The notes below the pieces were generated by a model. It saw nothing but the letters and a program-made list of their open reading frames with translations. It had not been told where the DNA came from and did no database searches. Below are positions 10,601-21,685 of a stretch of 64,000 bases of DNA, piece by piece. Made by a program: the position numbers and the translations under genes. Source of the stretch: Halorussus marinus (GTDB lineage Archaea; Halobacteriota; Halobacteria; Halobacteriales; Haladaptataceae); contig NZ_SBIV01000003.1 in assembly GCF_004765795.1 (NCBI RefSeq), forward strand, positions 62,001 through 126,000. Reading direction: 5' to 3'. Numbering within the stretch: position 1 is the stretch's first letter; the number at the start of each line of letters is the position of its first letter.

Positions 10601-10833
10601 TGCTACGTTGTAGGCCCTCCAGAGGGTAAGTAACCTTTGACCTGCGAGCCGCGCGTTGCGGCCGCACGCGCCCGATTGGAACACGCTAGAGGCCGCCCCG
10701 GGCGGTGACCGGACCCCGCGTCTGTCGCGCGTCGGACGCGCGGCGCGCGCCGCGGCCGAATCGGGGCGAACGCGTCGGCGATCACGGAGTAATTTTATAT
10801 GCGCATCGTGGTTCGGTTGGGACAACGAATATC

Positions 10834-12519
10834 ATGTCCGACACGGTTTACGCGATAGCGAGCGGGAAAGGAGGTGTCGGAAAGACGACGACCGCGATCA
10901 ACCTCGGCGCGATGCTGGCCGACCGGGGCCACTCGGTCGTCGTCGTCGACACCGACCTCGGGATGGCGAACCTCGCGGGCTTTCTCGACTTCGACGTCGA
11001 GAGCCCGACCCTCCACGAGGTGCTGGCCGAGGAGGCCGACGCCGACGAGGCGATCTACGAGGCGCCCGGCGGCATCGACGTCCTCCCCAGCGCCACCGAC
11101 ATCGAGGCGTTCGCCAAGTCGAACCCGGCGAACCTCACCCACGTCGTCGAGCCCCTGCGCGAGGCCTACGACTACGTGTTGCTCGACACGGGCGCGGGGG
11201 TCAGCTACGACACGCTGGTGCCACTGGCGCTGGCCGACGCCACGCTGTTGGTCGCCACCCCGGACGTCGCCTCGGTGCGGGACACCGCCAAGACGGGCGA
11301 GCTCTCAGCCCGCGTCGGCACCGGAGTCGTCGGCGCGGTGCTGACCCAGCGTTCGAGCAACATCCTCAACGCCGACGACGTGGAGTCGACGCTCGGCACC
11401 GAGGTGCTCGTGGTGGTGCCCTCCGACGAGGCGGTGCCGATGGGCATCGACGCCGGCCGACCGCTCGCGTCGTTCGCGCCGAACGCGCCGGCCGGGCAGG
11501 CCTATCGGGAGCTCGCCGCGGTGCTGATCGGCGACGCCGAGCCCGACCCGGAACTCGAACTCGACGAGCAAGAGCCCGACGACGACCGAGTCACCCCCGA
11601 GACGCTGACCGAAGGCGTCGACCGCGAGGTCGAAACGCCCCTCGCCGGCGCCGAGGTAGCCGAGAACGTCCGGGAGGCCGTCGACGGCGACGAGGACCCG
11701 CAGGGCCTGCTCGGCGGCGAACTGGCGAAGGCGGCCGACGAGATCCGACGGGAGGCCGCCGGGGACGACGCCGCGGAGCCGGTCCCCGACCCCGACGAAT
11801 CGCGCTCCGCCGCCGACGAATCGAGCCCCGACGTCGACGAGTCGCTGTTCGACGTCGACGACCGGCGCCCGGACGAAGCCGGGGCAAGCGAGGACGGGGC
11901 TCCCGACTCGGCGAGCGCCGGGGGATCGGACGTGGCGCCAGCCGACGACGTCGACGACGACGCCCGGAGCGTCGACGACCTCCTCGAACAGCACCTCGAC
12001 GAGGACCGACTGGGCGACGACGAGCCGACGTCTGAGGGGGCGTCGGCCTCCGAATCAGGTGCGGGCGGCTTCGAGGAGGGGTCGGCGATCGAGACCGACC
12101 CCTTCGAGGACGCTGAGGAAGGCGGTGATCCGTTGGCCGAAGACGACGCCGACGGTCCGCTCGTCGAAAACGAGGGCGGCGATCCGCTCGCCGAAGACGA
12201 CGCCGACGACCCGTTGGCCGACGCCGAGGAATCCGACCCGCTCTCCGAGGCACGCGAGGAGGCCGGGCTCGATTCGGAGGCGGATGGGACCGACCCGGCC
12301 CCGGACGCGGATGCGAGCGGTCCCGACGACTCGACGCCCGACGCGCTCGACGCCGAGTCCGAAGCGGTCCCGTTCACCCGCGACCGCCCCGACGCCGGCC
12401 CGTCGACCGACGACGAGTCCGACTCCGACGCGACCACGGACGCCGAGGAGAGCGACTCCGACGACGACGCCGAGGCGAGCGACGGGGTGCTCGGGCGCCT
12501 CGGCTCGCTGTTCCGCTGA
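10834..12519 (+). CDS. minD: MinD-family ATPase with long acidic C-terminal tail
   Basis: Deviant Walker A SGKGGVGKTT, DTDLGMANL, LLDTGAG; about 310-aa D/E-rich tail ending in GVLGRLGSLFR. Confidence 0.88.
   Translation: MSDTVYAIASGKGGVGKTTTAINLGAMLADRGHSVVVVDTDLGMANLAGFLDFDVESPTLHEVLAEEADADEAIYEAPGGIDVLPSATDIEAFAKSNPANLTHVVEPLREAYDYVLLDTGAGVSYDTLVPLALADATLLVATPDVASVRDTAKTGELSARVGTGVVGAVLTQRSSNILNADDVESTLGTEVLVVVPSDEAVPMGIDAGRPLASFAPNAPAGQAYRELAAVLIGDAEPDPELELDEQEPDDDRVTPETLTEGVDREVETPLAGAEVAENVREAVDGDEDPQGLLGGELAKAADEIRREAAGDDAAEPVPDPDESRSAADESSPDVDESLFDVDDRRPDEAGASEDGAPDSASAGGSDVAPADDVDDDARSVDDLLEQHLDEDRLGDDEPTSEGASASESGAGGFEEGSAIETDPFEDAEEGGDPLAEDDADGPLVENEGGDPLAEDDADDPLADAEESDPLSEAREEAGLDSEADGTDPAPDADASGPDDSTPDALDAESEAVPFTRDRPDAGPSTDDESDSDATTDAEESDSDDDAEASDGVLGRLGSLFR
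12121..12228 (+). repeat. Two imperfect 54-nt tandem units inside the minD tail
   Basis: GGDPLAEDDADGPLVENE followed by GGDPLAEDDADDPLADAE, visible at DNA level. Confidence 0.75.
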
Positions 12520-12668
12520 CTGGGGCCACCGAGCGCTCGCCGTCCCGCGTCGAGTGCAGGGTCGAGACGCCGGCCCTGCTCCGGCGCGGTGGGGTCCGTT
12601 GGGCTCGTGGCGATTCTGGTCGGCGCCGCCGGCCGCCGGGGGCGTTCGGCGTTAAGTTCCCGGCTCGA

Positions 12669-14441
12669 TCACATCGACCGCGGCGCGGCCACGCCGAGCA
12701 CGCCCAGCGCGTTCCCGACGGCGTGTTTCGCCGCCGCGACGAGCGCGAGGCGTGCGTCCCGCAGATCGTCGTCGACGTCGTCGCGGAGCACCGGACACTC
12801 CCGGTAGAACGTGTTGAACGTGTCGGCGATCTCGCGGGTGTAGGTCGCGACGACGTGGGGTTCGAGGTCCTCGGCGGCCGCCTCGATCACCGCGGGGAAG
12901 CGCGCGACGACTTCGAGCAGTTCGCGCTCCGCCTCGGCGTCCAGCACCGAGGCGTCGACGCCGGCGAGGGCGCCGTCGGTGTCGGCCGAATCGAGCCCGG
13001 CCTCTTCGAGGATTCCGCAACAGCGGGCGTGGACGTACTGGACGTACGGCGCGCTCTGGGCCTCGAAGTCGAGCGCGCGGTCCCACTCGAAGGTGATCGC
13101 CTTCGCGGGCTGTTTCGAGACGATGTCGTACCGAACCGCGCCGATGCCGACCTGCTCGGCGATGCGCTCGACGTCGTCGTCGGTCAGGTCGTCGTCGCGG
13201 ATCCGGTCGTCGAGCCTGTCTTCGACCTCCTCGCGGGCGCGGTCGACCGCCTCGTCGAGCAGGTCGTCGAGGTCGATGCCCGTGCCGGCGCGGGTCGACA
13301 TCTTCCCCTCCGGGAGGTTGACGTACGAGTAGATGACCTGCCGGAGCTGGTCGGTGTCGTTGTCAAGCAGGTCGAGCGTCGCCCGCATCTGGTCGGCCTG
13401 GAGCTTGTGGTCCTCGCCGAGCACCGTCACCGCGCGGTCGTAGTTCTGGAACTTCCACTCGTGGTGGGCGAGGTCCCGGGTGGCGTAGAGAGTGGTGCCG
13501 TCCGAACGGAGGAACACGAAGTTCTTCTCGATGTCGTAGGCCGCCAGATCGAGTTGCCAGGCCTCGTCCTCGTAGACCGCCTCGTCGAGGTCCTGAAGCC
13601 GGTCGACCACGTCGTCGACCGAGCCGTCGCGGATGAACCGGGTCTCCTTGACGAACTCGTCGAACTCCGCGGGGAGCCGCCCCAGGCTCTCGCGCATGCC
13701 GCCGAGCACGGTGTCGACGACCTCGCCGACGCGGTCGTAGGTCTCCTCGTCGCCGGCTTCGAGCCCCTGCATGATCGCGGTGATCTCCTCCTCGGCGGCC
13801 TCGACCTCGTCGGGGTCGCCGTCTTCGAGCACCTCGTTGCCCTTCCGGTAGTAGCGCACGAGGTCGTAGTCGGCCTTCTCGCGCTCGGGATCGGGCAGGT
13901 CGTCCTCGTCGAACGTCTCGTAGGCCCAGGTGAACACGGCCATCTGGCGCCCCGCGTCGTTGACGTAGTAGTGGCGGTCGACGTCGTAGCCCGCGAAGTC
14001 GAGCACTCGGGCGACCGCGTCGCCCACGATGGGGTTGCGCGCCCGGCCGACGTGGACCGGTCCGGTCGGGTTCGCGGAGGTGTGTTCGACCACCGCGGAC
14101 TCGCCGGTGGGGTCGAGCCGGCCGAACGTCTCGGACTGGGCCGCCTCGACGGTGCCCTCGTAGTAGGCGTCGCTCGCCCGGAAGTTGACGTAGGGGCCCT
14201 GTGCGGTCGCCGCCTCGACGAGATCGTACTCGGCGGCGTCGATCTCGTCGGCGATCCGGCCGGCGACCTGCGGCGGGGGCGCACCGACCTCGCCCGCGAG
14301 CCGGAACGCCGCGCTCGCGGCCAGCACGGCGTCGACGCCCTCGGGCGGGTCCTCGATACCGAGGTCGTCTGTCGGGAGGTCGAGCGCGTCGAGCGCGGAG
14401 GTGAGCGCCGCCGCCACCTCGTCGCGGAACTGGAGATACAT
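12669..14441 (-). CDS. argS: Arginine--tRNA ligase
   Basis: [18 protein letters not shown] (HIGH-like), [23 protein letters not shown]. Confidence 0.97.
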   Translation of the reverse strand: MYLQFRDEVAAALTSALDALDLPTDDLGIEDPPEGVDAVLAASAAFRLAGEVGAPPPQVAGRIADEIDAAEYDLVEAATAQGPYVNFRASDAYYEGTVEAAQSETFGRLDPTGESAVVEHTSANPTGPVHVGRARNPIVGDAVARVLDFAGYDVDRHYYVNDAGRQMAVFTWAYETFDEDDLPDPEREKADYDLVRYYRKGNEVLEDGDPDEVEAAEEEITAIMQGLEAGDEETYDRVGEVVDTVLGGMRESLGRLPAEFDEFVKETRFIRDGSVDDVVDRLQDLDEAVYEDEAWQLDLAAYDIEKNFVFLRSDGTTLYATRDLAHHEWKFQNYDRAVTVLGEDHKLQADQMRATLDLLDNDTDQLRQVIYSYVNLPEGKMSTRAGTGIDLDDLLDEAVDRAREEVEDRLDDRIRDDDLTDDDVERIAEQVGIGAVRYDIVSKQPAKAITFEWDRALDFEAQSAPYVQYVHARCCGILEEAGLDSADTDGALAGVDASVLDAEAERELLEVVARFPAVIEAAAEDLEPHVVATYTREIADTFNTFYRECPVLRDDVDDDLRDARLALVAAAKHAVGNALGVLGVAAPRSM

Positions 14442-14592
14442 GCTACGAGCTTTTCGACCGGCGGGTAAATGGGTTTCTGAAGCGTGTGAGCCCGTCCGCG
14501 CGGTCCGATCCGACGCCGACGCGCCGGCGCGAGTCGCGGACGAACCGGTTAGCCGTGGGCGTCGGCGCTCGCCGACGACGCGGCCGGCCCGG

Positions 14593-16155
14593 TCAGTCGG
14601 CGTCCGAGCCGAAGACCCGGGGCATCGCGACCGTGGTCCGCTCGGAGAGCACGTACGCCGCGACACCGAGCGCGACGACGCCGACCGCGAGCAGGGGCAG
14701 CGGCGAGACGTCGTACCCGCTCGCGAGGAACAGCCCCGTCGCGACGGTGCCACAGAGAAGCGCGTACGGGATCTGGGTGTTGACGTGGTCGACGTGGTCT
14801 GCCCCGGCGAACATCGACGACATCACCGTCGTGTCGCTGATCGGCGAGCAGTGGTCTCCAAAGAGCGACCCGGTGAGGATGGCGCCGATCGCGCCCGGGA
14901 GCGGCGCCCCGAGGTTGAACGCGAGCGGGACGGCCACCGGGAACATGATCCCCATCGTCCCCCACGAGGTGCCGATGCTGAACGAGATGATGGCCGCCGC
15001 GACGAAGACCACCGCGGGGAGGAGCTCGGGCGTGATGACGCCCTCGGCGACGGCGACGACGTACTCGCCGACGCCGAGCGCCTCGCTGACCGACCCGATG
15101 GTCCACGCCAGCGAGAGCACGGCGACCGGGAAGATCACCATGCTGAACCCCTCGAAGATGGAGTCGCTGACCGCCTCCAGCCCGACGCGGGCGTGCCCGA
15201 CGAGGATGGCGAGCAGGAGTCCGCAGGCCGAAAAGACGCCCCAGAGGATGGCGTCGGCGGTCGCGGCGTCCTTCAGCGCCTCGACGGGCGCGACGCCCGG
15301 CCACCCGCCGGAGGTCAGGAGGCCGAGTCCCGTGACGGCCACGAGCGCGACGATGGGCGCCGCGAAGTACCACCAGCGCGAATCGACGTGGTCGGGCGTC
15401 ACGATGTCCTCCTCGCGGGTCTCGAGCAGGGGGTCCGCGTCGTCCCGGAGAACCTTCCCCGTCTCCTTCGCGCGGGTCTCTGCGCGCTTCATCGGGCCGA
15501 AGCTCCACCCGGTGGTGACGGTGATGAAGACGAGCACCACCGCGAGGAGGCTGTAGAATCGGAACGGGATGCTCTGGAGGAACACCACGAACGCGCTCTG
15601 GTCGATGCCGAGCGCCGAGAACTGCTCTTTGATGAGCCCGACCTCGAAGCCGACCCACGTCGAGACGACGGCGACGCTGACGACGGGCGAGGTGGTCGAG
15701 TCGAGCAGGTATGCGAGCTTCTCGCGGCTGATGTCGAACTTGTCGGTGATCGGCCGCATCACCGATCCGGTTATCATCGTACTCGCGTACGAGTCGACGA
15801 AGATGAGCATTCCGAGGATGCTGGTCCCGAGCTCGGCCTGCCTGCGGGTTCGAATCCGGGCGATGATGCGCTCGGCGAGGGCCTTCATCCCGCCAGAGAG
15901 GAATATCATCCCGAGCATCGCTCCGGAGAGGAACGTGAACAGGAGGAGTTTGCTGTTGAACGATGCGGTGATGTTGTCGATGACCAACTGGAGGGAGTAG
16001 GCCGCCCCGGTGATCGGGTTCCAGCCAACCAGAATGGTCGCACCGATCCAGATGCCCGCAAACAGCGACAGCAACACCTGCCTGCTCACCAGCGTCAGCA
16101 CGATGGCGAACAGCGCCGGCAGCAGGCTGATGATGCCGTACGTTTCAGATGCCAT
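14593..16155 (-). CDS. Na+/H+ antiporter NhaC-family membrane protein
   Basis: Multi-[51 protein letters not shown]. Confidence 0.88.
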   Translation of the reverse strand: MASETYGIISLLPALFAIVLTLVSRQVLLSLFAGIWIGATILVGWNPITGAAYSLQLVIDNITASFNSKLLLFTFLSGAMLGMIFLSGGMKALAERIIARIRTRRQAELGTSILGMLIFVDSYASTMITGSVMRPITDKFDISREKLAYLLDSTTSPVVSVAVVSTWVGFEVGLIKEQFSALGIDQSAFVVFLQSIPFRFYSLLAVVLVFITVTTGWSFGPMKRAETRAKETGKVLRDDADPLLETREEDIVTPDHVDSRWWYFAAPIVALVAVTGLGLLTSGGWPGVAPVEALKDAATADAILWGVFSACGLLLAILVGHARVGLEAVSDSIFEGFSMVIFPVAVLSLAWTIGSVSEALGVGEYVVAVAEGVITPELLPAVVFVAAAIISFSIGTSWGTMGIMFPVAVPLAFNLGAPLPGAIGAILTGSLFGDHCSPISDTTVMSSMFAGADHVDHVNTQIPYALLCGTVATGLFLASGYDVSPLPLLAVGVVALGVAAYVLSERTTVAMPRVFGSDAD

Positions 16156-16294
16156 TACGCTCGGGCAGTTTCCAAGTAGGAAAGTTAAAACTTGTTCAAT
16201 TGCACCGCTCGAAATAGATAGGTAATCAACAATTCCTCTCCGATCGGCAGACTCGACACAACTACGGTGTCGCAAACGGCCCGGTCGCGGGGCA

Positions 16295-16611
16295 CCTCGA
16301 CGGTGCCCTCGTAGTAGGCGTCGCTCGCCCGGAAGTTGACGTAGGGGCCCTGTGCGGTCGCCGCCTCGACGAGATCTACTCGGCGGCGTCGATCTCGTCG
16401 GCGATCCGGCCGGCGACCTGCGGCGGGGGCGCGCCGACCCCGCCCGCGAGCTCGCCGCCGCGCTCGCGGCCAGCACGGCGTCGACGCCCTCGGGCGGGTC
16501 CTCGATGCCGAGGTCGCCTGTCGGGAGGTCGAGCGCGTCGAGCGCGGAGGCCAGCGCCGCCGCCACCTCCTCGCGGAACTGGAGGGACATGCTACGAGCT
16601 TTTCGACCGGC
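16295..16611 (-). pseudogene. Degenerate duplicate of the argS 5' end plus upstream sequence
   Basis: Near-identical to 14144-14462; ATG at 16590; small deletions near 16376 and 16452 break the frame; similarity ends abruptly at 16295. Confidence 0.9.
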
Positions 16612-16633
16612 ATAAAGGGGCTCCTGAACCGCG

Positions 16634-18646
16634 TTACCCCTCGAGCGCGGCCCATCGGAGCGCGTCGGCAAACGCGAGCGCCGAGTCGTAGCGCTCGGCG
16701 GGGTCGGCGGCGAGCGCGCGGGACGCGACGCCGGCGAGCTCGCCGCCGCGATCGTCGGCGAGCAGGCGGTCCGCGAGCGCACCGAGCTGGTAGACGTCGA
16801 CGGCCTCGGGTGCGGGGTCGTCTTCGGGCGGAGCGGACCGATCGGACCCGTCCAACCCCGCGGCGAGCCCCCAGTCACCCACCAGAACGTCGTCGCCTGC
16901 GATCCAGACGCTCTCGGGGGTCAACCGCCCGTGGACGGCGCCATCGCGGTGGGCCCGGTGGACCGCTTCGGCGGCCGCGGCGACCGCGCGGGCGATCCAC
17001 TCGATCGACCGATCTGCCGCGCGGGCGTCGAGCGTCGTTTCGACGGGGTCGGTCACCGCCCACGGCTCGGGGTCGACGCCCCACGCCCGCACGCTGAGAA
17101 CTCCCGAGGCGCCGAGATCGCTCCACGTCGCGAGCGCGTCGGCGAACGCGTCGTCGTCGACCGCGTCGCCGTACCGGTGGAGCGAGACCCGCTGGTCGGC
17201 GGGCGTCCGGGCTCGTCGAACGTCAGCGAGGGTGGTCTCGGCGATCCGTTCGCCGGGTTCGAGGTCGCCGATGTCCATCGACGCGTCGGGAGTCGAGTCG
17301 TCTCGACCGAACCGGCGGTACGCGCCGGCGAGCACCGCCGCGCCGACCGCGCCGCCGACCGCGAGCCCCGCGGTCGACGAGAGGGCGCGGTAGGCGTCGT
17401 AGAGCGGCGTCGACTCGGGCGGCGAGACGGCGAGGACGGTCCCGAAGACTGTCCCGAGATAGAGCGCTCTCCGGTCGAGGCGGGGGAGATACGTCAGTTC
17501 CCCGGGGTACTCGAACCGCCACTTCGGCGCGCCGGTATCCGCGTTCACCCCGTACAGCCCGTCGTCGTGACTGTGTACGACGGCGGTGCCGTCGGCGATC
17601 CCGATCAGGTAGGCGGCCGCCTCGCGCCCGGTCGCGAACCGCCAGCGCTCGGTCCCGTCCGCCGGCGCGAGCGCGGCCACGAACCCCTGCCCGCTGGCGT
17701 ACACCGCGTCGCCGACCCGGCGCGGCCGCCAGTCCAATTGGGCGCCCGCGTCGAACCGCCACCGCTCGGCGCCGTCGGACGGCGAGACCGCCCGGACGAC
17801 CGACCCGTCGTTGAGATACGCGCCGTCGTCGGTCACTGTCCCCGGGAGGCCGTAGGCCTCGTCCTCGCCGGTCGACACGCGCCAGCGTCGGGTCCCCTCC
17901 CGGTCGAACGCGTGGAGGGCCGCCCGCCCGGTGTCCCAGACGAACACGCGGTTCTCAGTCGCGCCCGCCGTCGAGATGTGGGGATAGGACGAGCCGTAGC
18001 CGGCGTCCTCGACCGGCTGAAACCGCTCGCGCCACCGGACGCGGCCGTCGGCCGCCGAGAGCGCGTACAGTTCACCCTCCGTCGTGCCGAGGTACGCGCG
18101 TTCGCCGTCGGACACCAGATCTGTCCAGGGAAACCCCTCGGCGTCTGTGAACCGCCACCGCTCCCGACCGTCCCGGATCGAGAGCGCGACGATACCGCCG
18201 TCACGCTCCACGAGGACCGTTTCCGACAGCGTCCCGTAGACGGCGGGGTTCTCGCTCCCGTCGAAGCGCCACCGGACCGCCCCGGTCGCGGCGTCGAGCG
18301 CGACGAGCCCGCTCGCGTCGACCACGAGGGCCAGCCCCGCCGCGAAGACCGCGTAGGGGCGAGTCTGGGAGCCGCGGCTCTCGACCTCGTACCGCCAGCG
18401 CTCCGCGCCGTCGGTCGAGATGCCCGCGACCCCTCGCTCGGTGACGGCGGTCAGCACGCCGCCTGTCGCGCCAAGAAGCGTCGCGGAGTCGCCCGCGTCG
18501 GTCGACCACCGAACCGTCGCCTCGGGGACGAAGGGGTGGTCGGTGATCGCGTCGGTCGCGTTCGTCACCTGCCAACTGCCGAGACTCGCGGCCGAGGCGG
18601 CGAGGCCCGCGCCGAGGAGCTCGCGTCTGTTGGGGGACCGCGTCAT
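16634..18646 (-). CDS. Tat-signal PQQ-type beta-propeller, TM helix and protein-kinase-like domain
   Basis: NRRELL Tat motif; repeated ALxxxDGxERWRF blades; TM GLAVGGAVGAAVLAGAY-RR; C-terminal HGRLTPESV, GDWG, DVYQLG, PAERY. Confidence 0.78.
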   Translation of the reverse strand: MTRSPNRRELLGAGLAASAASLGSWQVTNATDAITDHPFVPEATVRWSTDAGDSATLLGATGGVLTAVTERGVAGISTDGAERWRYEVESRGSQTRPYAVFAAGLALVVDASGLVALDAATGAVRWRFDGSENPAVYGTLSETVLVERDGGIVALSIRDGRERWRFTDAEGFPWTDLVSDGERAYLGTTEGELYALSAADGRVRWRERFQPVEDAGYGSSYPHISTAGATENRVFVWDTGRAALHAFDREGTRRWRVSTGEDEAYGLPGTVTDDGAYLNDGSVVRAVSPSDGAERWRFDAGAQLDWRPRRVGDAVYASGQGFVAALAPADGTERWRFATGREAAAYLIGIADGTAVVHSHDDGLYGVNADTGAPKWRFEYPGELTYLPRLDRRALYLGTVFGTVLAVSPPESTPLYDAYRALSSTAGLAVGGAVGAAVLAGAYRRFGRDDSTPDASMDIGDLEPGERIAETTLADVRRARTPADQRVSLHRYGDAVDDDAFADALATWSDLGASGVLSVRAWGVDPEPWAVTDPVETTLDARAADRSIEWIARAVAAAAEAVHRAHRDGAVHGRLTPESVWIAGDDVLVGDWGLAAGLDGSDRSAPPEDDPAPEAVDVYQLGALADRLLADDRGGELAGVASRALAADPAERYDSALAFADALRWAALEG

Positions 18647-18746
18647 CACCGTACACCGGTCACTCGACCTACATTTCACTTCCCATCCGGGGCGACGGCC
18701 AGAACACCGACACCTTTTGGGCGTCGCCCGCATACCACGGTCCACC

Positions 18747-19724
18747 ATGAGCGACTCGTCGGGACCCAAGCAGGTGGACTCTCCGGACTACCACAGCGAG
18801 AACCACACCGCGGCCCAGACCTGCGGCTGGACCGCCAACGCCCTGCGCGGGGAGGGCAAGTGTTACAAGAACATCTTCTACGGCATCGAGTCCCACCGGT
18901 GTATCCAGATGACGCCGGTCGTCAAGTGCAACGAGCGGTGTGTCTTCTGCTGGCGCGACCACGCGGGCCACGCCTACGAGCTCGGCGACGTCGAGTGGGA
19001 CGATCCCGAGGCGGTCGTCGACGCCAGCATCGAGCTCCAGCAGAAGCTCCTGTCGGGGTTCGGCGGCAACGACGAGGTCCCCCGCGAGGTGTTCGAACAG
19101 AGCATGGAACCGCGCCACGTCGCGATCAGCCTCGACGGCGAGCCGACCCTCTACCCCTACCTGCCCGAACTCATCGAGGCGTTCCACGACCGCGACATCA
19201 CCACCTTCCTCGTCTCGAACGGCACGCGCCCCGAAGTCATCCGGGAGTGTGACCCCACCCAGCTGTACGTCAGCGTCGACGCCCCGGAACGGGCCACCTT
19301 CGACGAAGTCGTGAAGGCCATGGAAGACGACGCGTGGGAGAAGCTCGTCGACACCATGGACGTGCTCGCGGACAAAGACGAGACCCGGACCGTGCTCCGG
19401 ACGACGCTGGTGGGCGGGGAGAACGTCCGACATCCGGAGTGGTACGCCGGGTTCTACCGGCGGGCCGACCCCGACTTCGTGGAGCTCAAATCCTACATGC
19501 ACGTCGGCGAGTCGCGAGACCGCGTGGCGCGGTCGTCGATGCTCGACCACGACGACGTCGTGGCGTTCGCCGAGGAGATTCAGGCCCACATGCCCGACCA
19601 CGACTACCTGAAGGAGGTGCCGGTCTCGCGGGTGGCGCTGTTGTCGAAGACCGACGAGACGTGGGTGCCGAAGCTGAACAAAGAAAGCGACTTCTGGGCG
19701 CGCGACCCCGTCACCGGCGACTGA
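18747..19724 (+). CDS. taw1: 4-demethylwyosine synthase (Taw1/TYW1)
   Basis: [44 protein letters not shown]. Confidence 0.93.
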   Translation: MSDSSGPKQVDSPDYHSENHTAAQTCGWTANALRGEGKCYKNIFYGIESHRCIQMTPVVKCNERCVFCWRDHAGHAYELGDVEWDDPEAVVDASIELQQKLLSGFGGNDEVPREVFEQSMEPRHVAISLDGEPTLYPYLPELIEAFHDRDITTFLVSNGTRPEVIRECDPTQLYVSVDAPERATFDEVVKAMEDDAWEKLVDTMDVLADKDETRTVLRTTLVGGENVRHPEWYAGFYRRADPDFVELKSYMHVGESRDRVARSSMLDHDDVVAFAEEIQAHMPDHDYLKEVPVSRVALLSKTDETWVPKLNKESDFWARDPVTGD

Positions 19725-19725
19725 C

Positions 19726-20088
19726 TCACACCCGTTCGAGCTCCTCCTCGGTCGCCTCGCTCTCGACGTCGCCCGTGTTTCGCGTCTCGGTCGGCTCGAA
19801 CAGCAGGACCTCGACTTCCGACGGCGCGACGGGTCGGTGTTCGACGCCCGCGGGGACGACCAGCAACTCGCCTTCGCCCAGCACCGCGTCCTCGCGCTCG
19901 CGGAACTCGACCCGGAGTTCGCCGGTCCGGACCAGAAAGAGCTCGTCGGCCTCCTCGTGGGAGTGCCAGACGAACTCCCCGTCGAGCTTGGCGAGCTTGA
20001 CCGCCTGTCCGTTGAGTTCGGCCGCGATCCGCGGCGACCAGTGGTCGTCGAACGAGTCGAACGCCGCCTCGAGGTTCACCGTCTCCAT
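19726..20088 (-). CDS. Cupin domain protein
   Basis: [15 protein letters not shown] and [10 protein letters not shown] motifs. Confidence 0.88.
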   Translation of the reverse strand: METVNLEAAFDSFDDHWSPRIAAELNGQAVKLAKLDGEFVWHSHEEADELFLVRTGELRVEFREREDAVLGEGELLVVPAGVEHRPVAPSEVEVLLFEPTETRNTGDVESEATEEELERV

Positions 20089-20194
20089 GAGCGAGGGGTG
20101 GCGCTCGACCCGGAAAGCTCTGGGGGCGGCCCCGAAGGGAAACGACTACGTGGTGGCGGACCCAAATTTCACGTCCGACGGCGCGCGCCTCTCC

Positions 20195-20210
20195 GTTCCA
20201 ATTCTGAGAA
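20195..20210. promoter_or_regulatory. Candidate RbkR operator upstream of ribK-ribB
   Basis: Imperfect AT-rich dyad GTTCCAATTCTGAGAA upstream of a TATA-like CTTAAA at about 20230. Confidence 0.35.
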
Positions 20211-20259
20211 ACGTACCGCATCCGTTATCCTTAAACCGCGAGCGACCGGAGTTTCACCT

Positions 20260-20967
20260 ATGTCAACGACCCAGCCGCGTGCAGTCGGCTACGACGAGCT
20301 CGCGGCGCTGAAGCTGCTCGCCCTCGACGGCGGACTGGAGGGCGAAGTCAAGATCTCGTGCTCGGCGCTCGCCGAGCGCCTCGACGCGTCGAACCAGACC
20401 GCCTCGCGTCGGCTCCAGGGGCTCGACGAGGCCGGGCTGGTCGAGCGCGAGATGGTCAGCGACGGCCAGTGGGTCTCGGTCACCGAGGACGGCGAGTGGG
20501 CGCTCAAACGCGAGTACGAGGACTACCGGCGCATCTTCGAGGGGCCCGCCGGCGTCGACCTGACCGGCACCGTCACCAGCGGGATGGGCGAGGGCCGCCA
20601 CTACATCTCGCTGTCGGGCTACATGGCTCAGTTCGAGGATCGACTCGGCTACGAGCCGTTCCTCGGCACCCTCAACGTCGAACTGACCGACGAGAGCGTG
20701 CGCGCCCGGTCGGCGATGGAGGCCATGGAGCCGGTGGCCATCGACGGATGGGAGGACGACGAGCGAACCTACGGCCCCGCTGTCTGCTACCCCGCCGTGG
20801 TCGAGACGCGAGACGGCGAGACCTACGAGCAGGCCCACACCATCGCGCCCGAACGCACCCACCACGAGGACGACCAACTCGAGATCATCGCCCCGGACAA
20901 GCTCCGCGAGGAACTCGGACTCGACGACGGCGACCACGTCACCGTCCACATCGAGGAGGGGCCATGA
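20260..20967 (+). CDS. ribK: CTP-dependent riboflavin kinase with N-terminal HTH (RbkR type)
   Basis: [48 protein letters not shown]. Confidence 0.93.
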   Translation: MSTTQPRAVGYDELAALKLLALDGGLEGEVKISCSALAERLDASNQTASRRLQGLDEAGLVEREMVSDGQWVSVTEDGEWALKREYEDYRRIFEGPAGVDLTGTVTSGMGEGRHYISLSGYMAQFEDRLGYEPFLGTLNVELTDESVRARSAMEAMEPVAIDGWEDDERTYGPAVCYPAVVETRDGETYEQAHTIAPERTHHEDDQLEIIAPDKLREELGLDDGDHVTVHIEEGP

Positions 20968-21620
20968 GCCGCGCCGCCGCGGGCGTCGAGGCCGCTGTCG
21001 AGGCGTTCCGGGAGGGATCGCCGGTGCTCGTCCACGACGCCGCCGACCGGGAAGGCGAGACCGATCTGATCTACCCGGCGGGCGCGGTCGGCCCCGCCGA
21101 CGTCTCCCGACTGCGCAACGACGCCGGCGGCCTGATCTGCGTCGCGCTCGCCGACGAGGTGGCCGAGGCGTTCGACCTGCCGTTCCTCGAAGACGCGCTC
21201 GACCATCCGGCGAGCGCGAGCCACGATCTGGGCTACGACGAGCGGTCGTCGTTCTCGTTGCCGGTGAACCACCGGGACACCTACACCGGGATCACCGACG
21301 AGGACCGCGCGAGAACCATCGCCGAACTCGCCGCGGCGGCCGCCGATCCCGACGGCACCGACTTCGCCGCCGAGTTCCGCGCGCCGGGTCACGTCAACGT
21401 CCTGCGGGCGGCCCCGGACCTGCTGGCCGACCGCGAGGGCCACACCGAACTGGGAATCGCGCTGGCCGCCGCCGCGGACCGCGAGCCCGCGGTCGTGGTC
21501 TGTGAGATGCTCGACGACGAGACCGGCGGGGCGCTCTCGCCGGCCGACGCCCGGGCGTACGCCGACCGGTACGGCTTCCCGTATCTGGAGGGGTCGGACA
21601 TCGTCGGCTACGTCGACTGA
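20964..21620 (+). CDS. ribB: 3,4-dihydroxy-2-butanone-4-phosphate synthase
   Basis: [40 protein letters not shown] overlap with ribK. Confidence 0.93.
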   Translation: MSRAAAGVEAAVEAFREGSPVLVHDAADREGETDLIYPAGAVGPADVSRLRNDAGGLICVALADEVAEAFDLPFLEDALDHPASASHDLGYDERSSFSLPVNHRDTYTGITDEDRARTIAELAAAAADPDGTDFAAEFRAPGHVNVLRAAPDLLADREGHTELGIALAAAADREPAVVVCEMLDDETGGALSPADARAYADRYGFPYLEGSDIVGYVD

Positions 21621-21685
21621 GCCCGCGTCGATTCGCGGTGCGAACCGTCAACACTCATTACGGAGGCGTGCGTTCGTCGGGACGT

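Noticed and set aside
14593..16878. 761-aa apparent ArgS-NhaC fusion in the ORF track
   Set aside because: Chance read-through across the frameshifted argS duplicate; NhaC plausibly starts at 16155.
16931..19252. 773-aa plus-strand ORF and similar long Arg/Gly-rich ORFs elsewhere
   Set aside because: Shadow frames overlapping well-supported genes; composition is unlike the acidic proteome.
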